Of a stretch of 64,000 bases of DNA, positions 13,215 to 27,268 are shown one piece after another (within the stretch, counting starts at the first letter, position 1; the number at the start of each line of letters is the position of its first letter). The stretch covers positions 2,666,001 through 2,730,000 of the forward strand of contig OX597824.1 in the NCBI GenBank assembly GCA_951406725.2, given 5' to 3'. Source of the DNA: Octopus vulgaris (taxonomy: Eukaryota). The notes beneath the pieces were generated by a model that worked only from the letters and a program-made list of their open reading frames with translations, was not told the origin of the DNA and did not search any database. Made by a program: the position numbers and the translations under genes.

Positions 13215-13218
<4 letters not shown>
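11323..13218. repeat. Near-perfect tandem repeat of a ~855-bp unit (2.2 copies), possibly a Penelope-like partial tandem
   Basis: Units start with ttaaggtatgtagaaaaatacaac at 11323, 12177 and 13034. The third copy stops after about 185 bp. Units differ only in homopolymer length, and the track shows duplicated identical ORFs. Confidence 0.9.
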
Positions 13219-13256
<38 letters not shown>

Positions 13257-13414
13257 AATGTGAGGATAAAATTCTTTTCGAAAAAAAAAATATTTTCTCG
13301 AAAAAAATTTTATCAATGGGCAGCATATTAAAAAAATACCTTTAACGGTTAAATTTATAAACAATTTGCCCTTTCTTTTGGCATTAGAAATTTTTTCCTT
13401 TGCCCTCATTTATG

Positions 13415-13565
<151 letters not shown>

Positions 13566-13630
13566 GGAGTAAACACATAAATGTGAAACAAGGTGGAAAA
13601 AAGAGTACTCAAATACCAGTGGTAGAGTAA

Positions 13631-13808
13631 TATGCTTTATTTAAAGCAGCAGAAAATTCAACAAAACCTGTTACTCTGAGTTTCCCGTTGCCGTTCATCG
13701 GACAGATTTTGGTAGAGTTTTTTCTACCAAAAACTGTCCGAAGAACGGCAAGGGGAAACTCAGAGTAACAGGTTTTGTTGAATTTTCTGCTGCTTTAAAT
13801 AAAGTATA
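13631..13808. repeat. Near-perfect palindrome with a minimal hammerhead-like motif in each arm
   Basis: The two arms are reverse complements around about 13719. Each arm reads ctgt-CCGA(T/A)GA-acggcaa(c/g)gg-GAAA-ctcagag-TA-acag. Confidence 0.75.
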
Positions 13809-13831
13809 TATATATATATATATATATATAG

Positions 13832-13889
<58 letters not shown>

Positions 13890-13894
<5 letters not shown>

Positions 13895-14015
13895 CCAAAT
13901 CCATTCACAAAGTTTTGGTCAGCTCCATACAGACTATAGAAGAAGACTCATGCCCAAGATAGGACTGAACCCAGAACTATGTGGCTGGGAAGCAAGCTTA
14001 TTACCATACAGCCAC
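13890..14015 (-). mobile_element. SINE, family A (degenerate)
   Basis: Similar to the family A consensus. Confidence 0.6.
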
Positions 14016-14075
14016 GTCGATCTATCTATCTGTCTATCATTCTATCTATCTATCTATCTATCCATCTATCTATCC

Positions 14076-14154
<79 letters not shown>

Positions 14155-14323
14155 CATATCTATACATACAACACATACATACCTACATACATACAACACA
14201 TACATACATACCTACATACATACAACACATACATACATACATACAACACATACATACATACATAGATGTATACATATGCGTACACACACATATGTACATA
14301 TATATAAATAAGATAGAGGGAGA

Positions 14324-14385
<62 letters not shown>

Positions 14386-14664
14386 AACAATTTAAATTTG
14401 GATTAAAATGTCGTTAAATGTTAATCTGATGCACACATATTTTCAGTTCGAGAAAGTAGATTGTGACTTGAAAATTTCGCCTAACAATTTGATGATGTCT
14501 AGTTAGCAGGAATTTCGAAATTAAGGTTAATTTTTTCCGTGTATATGCACACACACAGACACACACACACACAAATACACATACACATAAATATATATAC
14601 ATATATGAGTATATTATAAGTAAGTATGTGTATGTATATGTATACATGTACACACATAAGCATA

Positions 14665-14822
14665 TGATTGGCTGTGTGGTAAGAAGCTTGTTTCACCACC
14701 ATATGGTTCCAAGTTCAGTCCCACTGCGTGGCGCCTTAGGCAAGTGTCTTCAACTATAGCCTCGGATCAACCAAAGCCTTGTGAGTGGATTTGGTAGACG
14801 GAAACTGAAAGAAGCCCGTCCT
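14665..14822 (+). mobile_element. SINE, family A
   Basis: ggctgtgtggtaagaagcttg...ggatttggtagacggaaactgaaagaagcccgtc. Confidence 0.8.
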
Positions 14823-14830
14823 ATGTATGC

Positions 14831-14894
<64 letters not shown>

Positions 14895-15010
14895 TATATA
14901 TATATAAATATATATATATATGTATGTATGTATGTATGTATATGAAATCATTGACAGGGGAAGGTGTTAATGTTGCTTTAAGGCAATCTTACCTTAATTT
15001 CTCTTTCCAG

Positions 15011-15106
15011 AGATTCCGCGCACCTTTCTACCTGTCTCCTCCGACTCGTGCCCAGGCAATCGGCGTCTCGCTGCAGCTACCGAAGAACGCACTGCAGTTT
15101 TGTTTC
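15011..15106 (+). other. Candidate spliced exon, CpG-rich, gene assignment unknown
   Basis: Acceptor taatttctctttccag| and donor |gtaagt bound a 96-nt GC/CpG-rich unique segment. A minus-strand donor (aag|gtaaga) also lies at 14993. Confidence 0.4.
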
Positions 15107-15219
15107 GTAAGTAAATCGCACGTGCAGTGCATGATGGGACAGTAACTTCTTGTTTCATCTCTGACTCCCACCACTTTACTGCACGCGGACATATGCACAC
15201 ATACATGCACTCAAGTATA

Positions 15220-15294
<75 letters not shown>

Positions 15295-15558
15295 TTGGAC
15301 GTATGTTTATGGGTATACATGTCCGTGTATGTGTACTGTGTATTTCTGTATATGCAGAAAAATACATACATTCAAATCCTCCCGTTGACGCACAAACACA
15401 CGCACACAAACACACACACAAACACACCCATAGATACTCACACATACACACAAGTACAGTTACACGTGCAGAAATAAATATATATACGTGTGTATGTGTA
15501 TATATGCATATACATGCATACGTACATACATACATACATACATACATACATACATACA

Positions 15559-15589
<31 letters not shown>

Positions 15590-15611
15590 GTATACATACA
15601 TACATACATAT

Positions 15612-16035
15612 GTTCATGGTCTCAAAAATTTGTCCTATGAAGAAAGGCTGAGGACGCTCGACCTTTATTCTCTTGAAAAACGCCGCCGCCGTGGTGATCT
15701 CATTCTCGCCCACAACATCATAAGCGGGAAGTGTAACCTCTCGAAAGAGCTGTTCTTAACTCCTGCTCCAGAGCGTCGGCTGCGGGGTCATTCCGAAAAG
15801 CTCTACCTGCGACGATTTCATCTCAATCGAAGGAGAGGAGCTTTCTCCGTCCGGGTTACGGATCCGTGGAACAAGCTGCCAGACGAGATGGTGAAGATGC
15901 CGACGACCGCTTTGTTCAAAGCCTCCCTTGATCTCAAGTGGCCTGAACTCTTTACATGAACACCACCCTGTACTTAACTCCATGTCCCCCTACATGGCCT
16001 TGCTATTTGCTTTTGAGCCAAATTAACTAACTAAC
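15612..16035 (+). mobile_element. CR1/L2-type LINE 3' end
   Basis: Reads HGLKNLSYEERLRTLDLYSLEKRRRRGDLILAHNII...RLRGHSEKL...FSVRVTDPWNKLP, the typical CR1 ORF2 C-terminus. It ends in a (TAAC)n tail. Confidence 0.9.
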
Positions 16036-16198
16036 ATATATATATATATATATATATAGGTCCCGGGTTGATTCGGGGTTAACCACAGTATAAGGTACTC
16101 ATACATATAAAATTAATTTATTATATAGAAGGAGCTTTATAGTACTATTCAAGAGAAATCTTCATTTCTCTTGATGATATACTATCTTAAACTCCTTC

Positions 16199-16280
<82 letters not shown>

Positions 16281-16359
16281 TGTATATATATGCATATACA
16301 TATATATACACATATATAATTATTTCTGCGCCTGCGTATATATATATATATATATATAT

Positions 16360-16403
<44 letters not shown>

Positions 16404-16697
16404 TGTGTTAATCTTTGTTTTTCAATTCAGTAATACTGGTTTCAAATTCTGCCACAAGGGCTGCCATTTGGGGAAGGGGATAAGTCGATTACATTGACAC
16501 CAGTGATTCACTGGTACTTAATTTATCGACCCCCAAAAGGATGAAAGATATACATATGTTAACATCCATTGACAAGGTTGCGAAAACAAAGAAATTTTTG
16601 AATACACAAAAAAAAATAATGAATAATAAAATGAGAGGAAATTAAACCGGTGTGTGTGTTAGATATGAAGGCAGTATGACCCTCCCCAGACATAACA

Positions 16698-16747
<50 letters not shown>

Positions 16748-16777
16748 CACTCACTTACTCACTCACTCACTCACTCA

Positions 16778-16841
<64 letters not shown>

Positions 16842-16878
16842 GGATGTATGTATGTATGTATGCATCTATACATGTATG

Positions 16879-16917
<39 letters not shown>

Positions 16918-16920
<3 letters not shown>

Positions 16921-17060
16921 TGGTAAGAAGCCTGCTTCCCAACCGCATAGTAGCGGCTTCAGTCCCAGTCCGTGGCACCTTGAGCAAGTGTCTTCTACTA
17001 CAGCTTCTGACATGTCAAAATCTTTCGATTTGGTAGACGGAAAGTGAAAGGAGCCAGTCT
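16918..17060 (+). mobile_element. SINE, family A
   Basis: Matches the family A motif. Confidence 0.7.
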
Positions 17061-17121
<61 letters not shown>

Positions 17122-17513
17122 GTGTGTATGCATGTATGCATGTATGTATGTTGGGGAAAACAAGCAGACACACACACACCCACACAGATTTCAAAAGGTT
17201 CAGCGAGAGAGAGAGAGACAGACAGACAGACAGAGGATGGTATGGGACAAGAGAGGACTGGTATAAAACTCCTCAACCAATCCATGTGGCAATAAGTGGC
17301 TGTATTTTTGTTGTTATACGTGTTCCGAAGTCTATCCATTCAGATGGCTCAATGCTGACACTTTTATATTACCTACTAATGGATGATATGAGTGAGAAAG
17401 AGAGGAAGAGAGGAAGGCTGTGGGGGAGGGGCCGAGAACCACCTCCCGCCCTATTGTGGCTGTGTACATGAGTATGAGGGCGTTTAAGTGTTCCTCTCTG
17501 TATCTATGTTACC

Positions 17514-17568
<55 letters not shown>

Positions 17569-17622
17569 CTGTGTGTGTGTGTGTGTGTGTGTGTATTATC
17601 TTCAGTCTTTTACTTGTTCCAG

Positions 17623-17668
17623 GCATTGTAGTGCGGGGATGTAGATACACTAACACGGTTATCGAGCG
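17623..17668 (+). other. Candidate 46-nt spliced exon
   Basis: Acceptor tcttttacttgttccag| and donor gcg|gtgagt flank a unique island between microsatellites. Confidence 0.35.
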
Positions 17669-17674
17669 GTGAGT

Positions 17675-18125
<451 letters not shown>

Positions 18126-18135
18126 GCGTGTGTAT

Positions 18136-18203
<68 letters not shown>

Positions 18204-18225
18204 GTGTGTATACGCACACACACAC

Positions 18226-18261
<36 letters not shown>

Positions 18262-18382
18262 CTCTACCCCTTGTGGGTAGTAAAGAAATATATATACACC
18301 TCTGAAGGGATTCATCTTTTAATGATTTTAATTTTCTCCTTATTCTTCATTGTTGTTGTTTTTTTGTTCTCCCGTTTGGATT

Positions 18383-18452
<70 letters not shown>

Positions 18453-18964
18453 TACATACATACATATACACATATGGATGCTGTCTAAACAATGAAACAA
18501 GTAAAAGATAAAAGAATAAAAAATACACACACGTAGAGAGGTACAGAGATATGTATATATATGTGTATGTGTGTGTATATCTATGTTTATGCGTATACAT
18601 ACATAAATATACGGTGTGTCCCAAAAGTGAATACATACTTAACATCTGAGAACTTAATTTTTATTTCGTTTTAGATATAACCCATTAGAAAGAATAGAGT
18701 TCAAAAAGATCCACCAACGCGACTTAACTCGATTTAGATAATAAGTTTGAAGCAGACGAAATGTGTTTAGAATTTTGCGCACGGAAAACATTTTGGAAGA
18801 CTTTGGTCATTGAAGAGGCCTGCAATGCAACAAACGGAACTAGAAGCATATTGCCACAGAAAATCACAAGTGAGGGAGTTAAGATTCTTAAAATGAAGCG
18901 GCCATTGCATATTCCGAGAACAGTTCCTGCCTTTAATGAAGAAAGGGATTTTGCAAATAGTACT

Positions 18965-19552
18965 AGGGAGGAGGAGGAGGAGAGGAAGAAGAAGAAGAAG
19001 AAGAAAGAGAAGAAAGAGATGGAAGAAGAAGTAGAAGAAGGAGGAGGAGGAGGAGTAGGAGGAGGAGGGGGAGAAGAAGGAGAAGAAGAAGGAGGAGGAG
19101 GAGGAGAAGAAGAAGACGAAGAAGAAAAAGAAGAAGAAGAAGAAGAAGGAGGAGAAGAAGAAGAAGAAGGAGGAGGAGAAGAAGGAGGAGGAGGAGGAGG
19201 AGAAGAAGAAGAGGAAGAAGAAGGAGGAGGAGGAGGAGGAGGAGAAGAAGAAGAAGAAGAAGAAGAAGAAGAAGAAGGAGGAGGAGGAGAAGAAGAAGAA
19301 GAAGGAGGAGGAGGAGGAGGAGGAGAAGAAGAAGAAGAAAAAGAAGGAGGAGGAGAAGAAGAAGAAGAAGAAGAAGAAGAAGGAGGAGGAGGAGGAGGAG
19401 AAGAAGAAGAAGAAGAAGAAGAAGAAGAAGAAGGAGGAGGAGGAGGAGGAGGAGAAGAAGAAGAAGAAGAAGGAGGAGAAGAAGAAAAAGAAGAGGAAAA
19501 GGAAAAAGAAGAAGAAGAAGAAGAAGAAGAAGAAGAAGAAGAAGAAGAAGAA
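18965..19552. repeat. Compound (GAA/GGA)n purine repeat
   Basis: Directly visible. It explains the poly-E/G and poly-L ORFs. Confidence 0.95.
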
Positions 19553-19747
19553 CTGTAAGTAGGGATATAGACAAATGGTTGGAGATTGTAACAGAATGCC
19601 CTGTAGAGCTTCTACGGAGAGTGTCCCTCTCAGGGACAGGAAAGATTATCAGGAGGGTTCTGAGCACTTGAAAGACTATTGAAAGCTAGCGGACCCGTTA
19701 CCCACATAAATTCTACCAGGAATAAAACCGAACCGCAGTCAAATCAG

Positions 19748-19776
19748 TAACAACAACAACAACAACAATGATGATG

Positions 19777-19825
<49 letters not shown>

Positions 19826-19839
19826 TGATGATGATGATG

Positions 19840-19885
<46 letters not shown>

Positions 19886-19917
19886 TGATGATAATGATGA
19901 TGATGATGATGATGATG

Positions 19918-19951
<34 letters not shown>

Positions 19952-19986
19952 TGATGATGATAATGATGATGATGATGATGATGATG

Positions 19987-20035
<49 letters not shown>

Positions 20036-20067
20036 TAATAGTAATGATAATAATAATGATGATGATG

Positions 20068-20104
<37 letters not shown>

Positions 20105-20186
20105 TATGATAATGATAATAATAATGATGATGATGATGATAATAATAATAATAATAATAATAATGATAATAATAATGATGATGATG

Positions 20187-20253
<67 letters not shown>

Positions 20254-20264
20254 TAATAATAACA
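19748..20264. repeat. Compound (AAT/ATG)n trinucleotide repeat
   Basis: Directly visible. Confidence 0.95.
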
Positions 20265-20881
20265 ATAGCTGCCCAGTCCTGGCTAAGAAGGAATATATTC
20301 ACAGACATGACAGAGTTGGAACCTACATACATTGGAAGCTATGCCAACATTATGGAATAACAACAGAAAAAAGATGGTATAGGCACACACCAGAAAAGGT
20401 CACAGAAAACGAGAAAGCAACCATACTCTGGGATATGCCGATACACACAGATAGAGAAATTAAGGCCAACAGACCAGATATAGTTGTCAGAGATCATGAA
20501 GAAAAAAAATGCTTTCTAATTGATGTATCAATACCGGCAGATGACAACGTGTCTCTAAAAGAAATGGAGAAACTCTCAAAATACAAAGACCTGGAAATAG
20601 AGGTAACTAGAATGTGGAATCTGAAAACAGAAACAATTCCTATTATAGTAGGTGCATTAGGCATGATAAAAAATATTCAGACAAATACATAACAAAAACA
20701 CCAGGACTTACAAACACATATAACATACAGAAAATTGCACTACTAGGCACTGCACACATCCTACGCAGAACACTTTCCATACAATAACCATCAGAGCATC
20801 ACAACAAATCACAGCACATACCCAAGGCACACAGAGCTGCGCTCGGTAGTGAAGTGAAAGCACGCTATAAAAATAAAACTA

Positions 20882-20886
<5 letters not shown>
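20265..20886 (+). mobile_element. R4/Dong-like non-LTR retrotransposon 3' end (restriction-like endonuclease)
   Basis: ILWDMPIHTDREIKANRPDIVVRDHEEKKCFLIDVSIP...KLSKYKDL carries the PD..D..K RLE motif. The element is bounded by (AAT)n on both sides. Confidence 0.85.
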
Positions 20887-20974
<88 letters not shown>

Positions 20975-22650
20975 TCCTGGTAGACAAAACTGTACTTCGA
21001 GACTGCAAGAGGAGGAAAACTAACTTAGCCATGTCATGGATCGACTATCGTAAGGTGTACGATATGATCCCAAATTCTTGGATAATGGAGTGTATGAACC
21101 TATTTGGGATTGCATCGAATGTTGAGCGATTGCTTGGAAAAAGTATGGCAAAATGGAGAACAGAAGTGACAGCAAAGTTTAGTGACAATAAAAATCAGGA
21201 GAAGCATCATCCAAGGGGACTGCGTGTCCCCACTGATCTTTGTACTGTGCTTGATACCACTAACACTGATTCTGAAGAAAGCAAAAGCTGGGTATGATTT
21301 CAAAAAACCGCCAACAAAAAGTCAAACATTTGTTATTCATGGATGACCTCAAACTTAATGGTAAAGTGGAATCCTAAGTTAGTACCCTCGTTAATACGCT
21401 GTATAATTTCAGTGTTGATATCAGAATGGAGTTCGAACTGAAAAAGTGTGGTGTCTTAGTCTTGAAGAGAGGCAAAATCAAATGTTTGAACGGGCTAACG
21501 ATAACGTCGGGGGAGGTTATGAAACAGATAGAAGAAAGGGGTTATAAGTACTTGGGGATATTGAAAATGGATAAATTGGTGGAGAAAGAAATGACAGAAA
21601 AATTTAAGGTGGAGTACTTGCGCAGACTGAGACTGATCCTTAAGGCGAAATTAAACGGACGGAATAAGATTGAAGCTATCAACACCTGGGTAGTTTCACT
21701 CCTTAAGTACGGAGCATGGGCAATCGCATGGACAGTAGACGAACTAAACAGTTTACATAGAAAGACAAGGAAGTCGATGACTAGATATGGGTCACTCCAC
21801 CCAAAACGTGACACAGACAGACTGTATGTATCAAGAAAAAGAGGGGGAAGAGGACTGATTGGATGCGAACACAGCATTAGAGCAAAAAAAACAACAACAT
21901 AGAATGGTATGTAAAAAACGCTACAGAAGCGCTATTATTTGAAGTAAGAAGATCAGGCTTGTGTAGGATGGAAGATTGCAAAGATAAGGCACTGTACAAT
22001 TGCTTTAGAATGAATGAAACTGTAAATAGGTGAATAAAGAAAAGAATGATTGAACAATTCCATAGGGATGTTGAAGATAAGACAGAGAAAAAAGATGTCA
22101 ATGGATGACTAAAAGTGATTTAAAACCGGCAATGGAAGCTCTAATCTGTGCCGCCCAAGAGCAAGCATTAAGAACAAATTACATCCAATACAGAACAGAC
22201 AACATATCAGAAAGAGATAAGTGCAGAATTTGTGGACAAAATGGTGAAACCGTATGGCAGATTACCAGTCAATGTACGCCACTAACCCAGAAAGAATATA
22301 AGAGATGTCATGACAATATAGCAAGGATTGTCTATTGGATACTTTGCAACAAGTATGGACTTGACAGAGCAAAAAAGTGGTACGAACAAAAGCCCGAAGG
22401 CATCATCGAAAATAATAATGCAAAGATGCTATGGGATTTTATGATTCAATGCGACAATGAGATGGAGGATAGGAAGCCGGACATAGTGTTAATTGAGGAA
22501 GAAAGCAAACCGTGCTGGATCATAGATATAGCATGCCCAGCTAACAACAAGGTATGCGATAAGGAAGAAAGAAAAGTCGAGAGATATAACAGGTTAGCGT
22601 GGGAGGTTAAGCAATTTTGGTCACTGGAAAAGGTGGTAGTAGTACCATTG
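20975..22650 (+). mobile_element. R4/Dong-like non-LTR retrotransposon, degenerate RT + zinc knuckle + RLE
   Basis: Motifs SWIDYRKVYD, LLFMDDLKL, FELKKC, YKYLGI, RKRGGRGL, CRICG..ETVWQITSQC and KPDIV..IIDIACP, with frameshifts and stops. Confidence 0.9.
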
Positions 22651-23283
22651 TACGTATGTATGTATGTATGTATGTATGTATGTATGTATGTATGTATGTA
22701 TGTATGTATGTATGTATTTATGTATGTATGTATGTATGTATTTATGTATGTATGTATGAATGTATATGTGTGTGTATATATATGTGTAAATATATATAGA
22801 TGTATATGTGTGAGTGTGTATGTTTACATGTATATACGTGACAAGATAGGTAGATACATACATACATAGAGAGGGAGAGAAAGAGAGAAGTCTGTGTGCT
22901 GGCGGGTGTATGTGTGTGTGCATGTGTGCGTGTGTGCATGCGTATGTTCGTGTATATATGTGTGTTTGTCTATATGTCTTTATGTATATATGTATGTAAG
23001 CACGTATATGTATAAAAATACACATGCACACACTTTCACGTAAGCAAATCTGAAACATTGATGCGTCATAATCAAACATAAATACAACCACGCGCACACC
23101 TAGACACATGCTCACTTGTAGAAGCACACGTATAAAGAACGGATGTGTTAGAAACAAGGAGAGAAAGATCACGTCAAACAGAAGTCTAGTGTTGACAATT
23201 GTGAAGATAAATCAAAGTATATTTATTAAAATAAATACGGAAATATTTGCATCTAAACTGTAAATAATCCATTGACAGAAATA

Positions 23284-23478
23284 ATGTTCTTCTGGCATGT
23301 TTTTTGTGTGAAGATCCTACTGCTTTCTTGCATGGTCTTTCATAGGTTGGCATACAGTGTGAATGATAACTTGTGCGCCAATAATCATCTTATTCTTCTT
23401 CCTAAGGAAATATACAAACAATGTAATATCGTCATTTCTAAAAAAGATGCACGGAAACCGCCAACAGTGAAAGCTCCG
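23284..23478 (+). CDS. PEBP-family gene copy 1, coding exon 1 (signal peptide plus two-Cys N-terminal segment)
   Basis: MFFWHVFCVKILLLSCMVFHRLAYSVNDNLCANNHLILLPKEIYKQCNIVISKKDARKPPTVKAP, 65 codons. Phase-0 donor CCG|gtaggt. Paralogous exon at 52118. Confidence 0.85.
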
Positions 23479-25020
23479 GTAGGTTATCCATGAACAATGC
23501 TAAAATTTTGTCTCATTTAGGCCATCAGTTTGTGAAAAGACGATGAGTTGATACCATCGTCCCCTTGCTTGATTGCTTCTTTATTTTATCGATCTGGAAA
23601 GGCTGAAACGCAAAGGTGACACTGTGTAGGGGATTTGAATGTAAATAGTTGGAAAGCATGTTTCTCGATGTTTTAACAATTCTGCTAGTTCGGCGCCCAA
23701 ATGGTTTCTAAATTAAGTACAACACCAGCAGTTTTAAGATGAGGTGATAAGTAGGTGCCACAAATTCCACTACTTGACAGCTGCTTTAATTCATTTCGAC
23801 ATCCAAGGGAATGAAAAGCAAAGTTAACCCTGGCGGAGTTTTTACTCGAAGTCTGAAGAGCCGAACAAAATTGTAGGTGTTACGCTGGTCACTAACCTTC
23901 ATTATTTGTCGTCTTTTATAAAGCGACATCATTGTATAATACCGAAACATTTCATGTGGTTATGTCCACTGCTCGAGCTTGCTTCTTTCTGTAAATGAAA
24001 AGCCACTGTCCAATGGTGTCTTCCTCTCGTCCAGGATCGCCCGGCTGATCATACTTTTTAAAAACGTTTGTTGATTTGAACTGGAGTGGGATACTGCAAC
24101 TTCTCATCTTACAGTTTGTGCCTCTGAAGAAAGTCGCTCGGATCTAGTTGGTTGGGTTGCCAGCATTTCAAAAATTAAAGTTTATCGAAAGTTTAAATAT
24201 TTGGCACAATAATATACTTTTCCAAGCTGAATTGCTGGAGTTATTTCACTTTCTCCAGAAAAATGTTTCTAAAAAGTTAGAGCGGTTTAAGTTTGATCAT
24301 TTTCATCCCGTCAGGAAAGAAGATTTGGAAACAGTCATTTTGGGCGTATTTTGTCGTTAATATTTGTAAACAGCACGTGCTCTGAAGTTTGGAGCATTCA
24401 ATATGCATTTAACGCGGTAGAACGAACTTAATAGATTTACGCTTGTTACTATGGAAACAGGAATCAGTTTGTCTGTGGCTTCCGATTGGCTAAAATAACC
24501 AAAATGTTCTGCCTTTAATTGCTAATAATCCTTTATTTATTGATTTATAGCGAAAACGATGCTCCCGTGCTTCATTAGCCAATAAAAGTGTATCATTACA
24601 CTGAATATGAAATCATTTCGAACAGAATTTGATGCTGGCTGCCAAACCGAATAGATCCAATCGGTCTTTCTTGGGAAGTGTACTGACGCCAGAGCTAATA
24701 TATCACCCTCGTACACAGGTCACGTGAGAGCTCGATGAGATCTCAAAGAGAGTCGAACGTTTCGGGTCATTTAATTACGTTAATTGAATTTACTTACGTA
24801 AAGCTCAAATGACGATAACAATTTTTTTCCTCCGATCTTCAAGCTGCGTTGAAAAGATGGACTTGACTCCAAAAATTAACATTCAAACACTTCCTGGAAA
24901 ATTAACTTATCAAATTTATTGAGTCAGAGAGATCGACACGGACTATTATTATTCTTCTTGGATTCCGGATGTTATCCCATAATTGTCATACATTTATTAA
25001 ATAATATGTTTAGATAACGT

Positions 25021-26605
25021 ACTTGGTCGAAAACCATGCTGGGTATCACTCAGCAAGTTATTTTCCTCAAGGAATGCGATTAGTTTCTTTCTGACTATCC
25101 GTTCCATGACTTTGCTGATGTGTGAAGTCAGAGATATATGCCTTTAGTTTTTGGCATCTGCTCTACTTCCCCCTTTATGTATTGGGCATATTATTCCCTC
25201 CTTCAGCTTGCTTGGCAGTTTGCCATTCGCAAGAAAGCTCTGGAAGAGAATCTTGAGAGGTTTTGCCAGGGCATGCTTACACGCTTTGAGGAGGATTGCT
25301 GGGAAACCATCTGGACCAGCAGTTGAGTTTGTGTCCACTTCATCTATGGCTAGTAGGACATCTTCTTCGCTAATGTCAATACATTCTATTGTAACCGCCT
25401 CGCTGGTTATAGGTGAGGCGACAAAGAAATCCACTGGTTCGTTCACTTGTCTGTGTTCCAACGGGGTGGTAAAGACACTTTTGAACTGGTCATTCAGCAT
25501 CTCACTGATCTTAGTTGGACTGTCTGTGAGGGAGCCATCCTTTTGGAGGAGGGGTCCTATCTTGTAGTGCACTGAGACTGTTTCTTTCGCGTAATGAAAG
25601 AAGGCCTTTGGGTTTGATTTAATATTTTTTATAACACATGCTTCTTTGTCTGCTTTCTCCTTCACATAGGATTATTGCAGCCTTTTTTCGATCTCCATCA
25701 GTGTTGTTTTCAGGCGGGACGTTTCGCTACTTTTGGGATGTTGGTTGAGACGATTTGCAACCTTCGTCCGTCGTCTCATGAGGATCTTCCTGTCTCTTGG
25801 AATCTTGCTCCTATTTGTTTTGGCCTTGTGCTCTGGGACATATGTCTGGCATACGGCTTGCACAGAAGACATGAAACATTCTAGTTTCATGTCAATGTCT
25901 GGTGTGGAGAGACATTCCGGCCAGTCCTCTCTGAGGATCTCTTTTTGGATCGATTTCCAATCTGCTTTGTGGAAGTTCATATTGGAGAGATTTTGGGTGC
26001 TTCCTTTAGGCTGTATATCTCTGGTTACTTTTGGCCCAAACATAGACAGCTCTATTATGTTGTGATCCGAAACTAATGTCGGTGTCACTTTCACATCATG
26101 AATGATGTCTATATTGTTCGTGAAGCAGAGATCCAGAATGTTATTTGCCCTTGTTGGCTTGAGTACAACTTGCTCCATGAATAAGGCGTTGGTGAGGTTG
26201 AGCAGGGACTCCACCTGTACTTGCTTGCAATGATTAATTCCTGAGAGTATGAGACCTTCAGGCCATTTGACGTTGGGGAAGCTGAAATATGGTCACGTGG
26301 TGTTCCAGATTCATGAGGATTTCTTTAATTCTTGTGAGGCAATCTTCAAACTTGCCTATGTGATTTGGGGCATCTGGTGGGCAATATGTATTGCATATGA
26401 CTATATTATGTTGTCTTATGTATACAATTAGAGTGTCACATACCGAATTTGAGTATGTCATCAAGACCTGGGGTGTGAGGTCATCTCGGATGTATACAGC
26501 AACTCCACCATGGCTCCTTTCCCTTCTGTCTGTTCGCAGTATGGCATAGTTTGGTATGTGTACTTCTGCGTCTTCTATATCAGGGCTGAGGTGAGTTTCC
26601 ACGAG
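25021..26605 (-). mobile_element. CR1-type LINE fragment (APE endonuclease to start of RT) in PEBP intron 1
   Basis: Motifs ETHL..I.D.EVHIPNY...R.DR..RSHGGVAVYI, PTRANNILDLCF, SDHNII, AGPDGFPAILLK and PIHKGGSR, frameshifted. Confidence 0.9.
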
Positions 26606-26644
26606 TGCTATGCATAGGGCTTGATTGCATATATATATATATTT

Positions 26645-26888
26645 ATAACAATTATTAAGGGTTTAGCAAACATGTTGCTAGACCACATACCGAAAAAATT
26701 AGAAATAGCAGCCAAAAGACCGTTATTTCTTTTCGCTACAAAATATGACTCCACAGACGACCCTCTCTGTAACTCACACAGGCAAAAAAGAAAGAAGGAA
26801 AACAATGAAATCAAACAGTCTTCGGTTAAATGTTTCGGTATGTGGTCTAGCAACTTGTTTGCTAAACCCTTAATTATTGTTATAATTA
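26645..26888. repeat. Inverted repeat, ~50-bp arms
   Basis: ataacaattattaagggtttagcaaacatgttgctagaccacataccgaaa pairs with tttcggtatgtggtctagcaacttgtttgctaaacccttaattattgttat. Confidence 0.8.
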
Positions 26889-26909
26889 TATATAAAACTT
26901 CTTGTATAA

Positions 26910-27268
26910 GAGTGGTTGTATACTGTCAATCTAACAAGAACGTGACAGTAGGGGGTACACCACCGCTGTATAGCCCTAGGAAGCATCGAACGCCTCCTGA
27001 TGGCTTTGACACATTTTTCCCTGTGTCCTTATATACATATACGAAGGGGAGACAAACACCCCGGCTGCCGAAACTGCATCTAGGGACACGTGTTTCAGGA
27101 TCGTTGTCCTTCATCGGCCTAGAGTAGCAGACACCTTCGTATATGTATATAAGGACACAGGGAAAAATGTGTCAAAGCCATCAGGAGGCGTTCGATGCTT
27201 CCTAGGGCTATACAGCGGTGGTGTACCTCCTACTGTCACGTTCTTGTTAGATTGACAGTATACAACCA
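26910..27268. repeat. Foldback with ~130-bp near-perfect arms and a hammerhead motif in the loop
   Basis: About 26910-27046 is the reverse complement of about 27135-27268. Confidence 0.85.
27080..27122 (-). ncRNA. Minimal type I hammerhead ribozyme-like motif (U4C core variant)
   Basis: The minus strand reads ctagg-CCGATGA-agga(caacga)tcct-GAAA-cacgtg-TC-cctag: a 5-bp stem I, 4-bp stem II, palindromic stem III and GUC triplet. Confidence 0.65.

Noticed and set aside
18761-19558. 265-aa acidic E/G-rich ORF
   Set aside because: It is a GAA/GGA microsatellite fused to a probable Tc1-like relic, with no splice or domain support.
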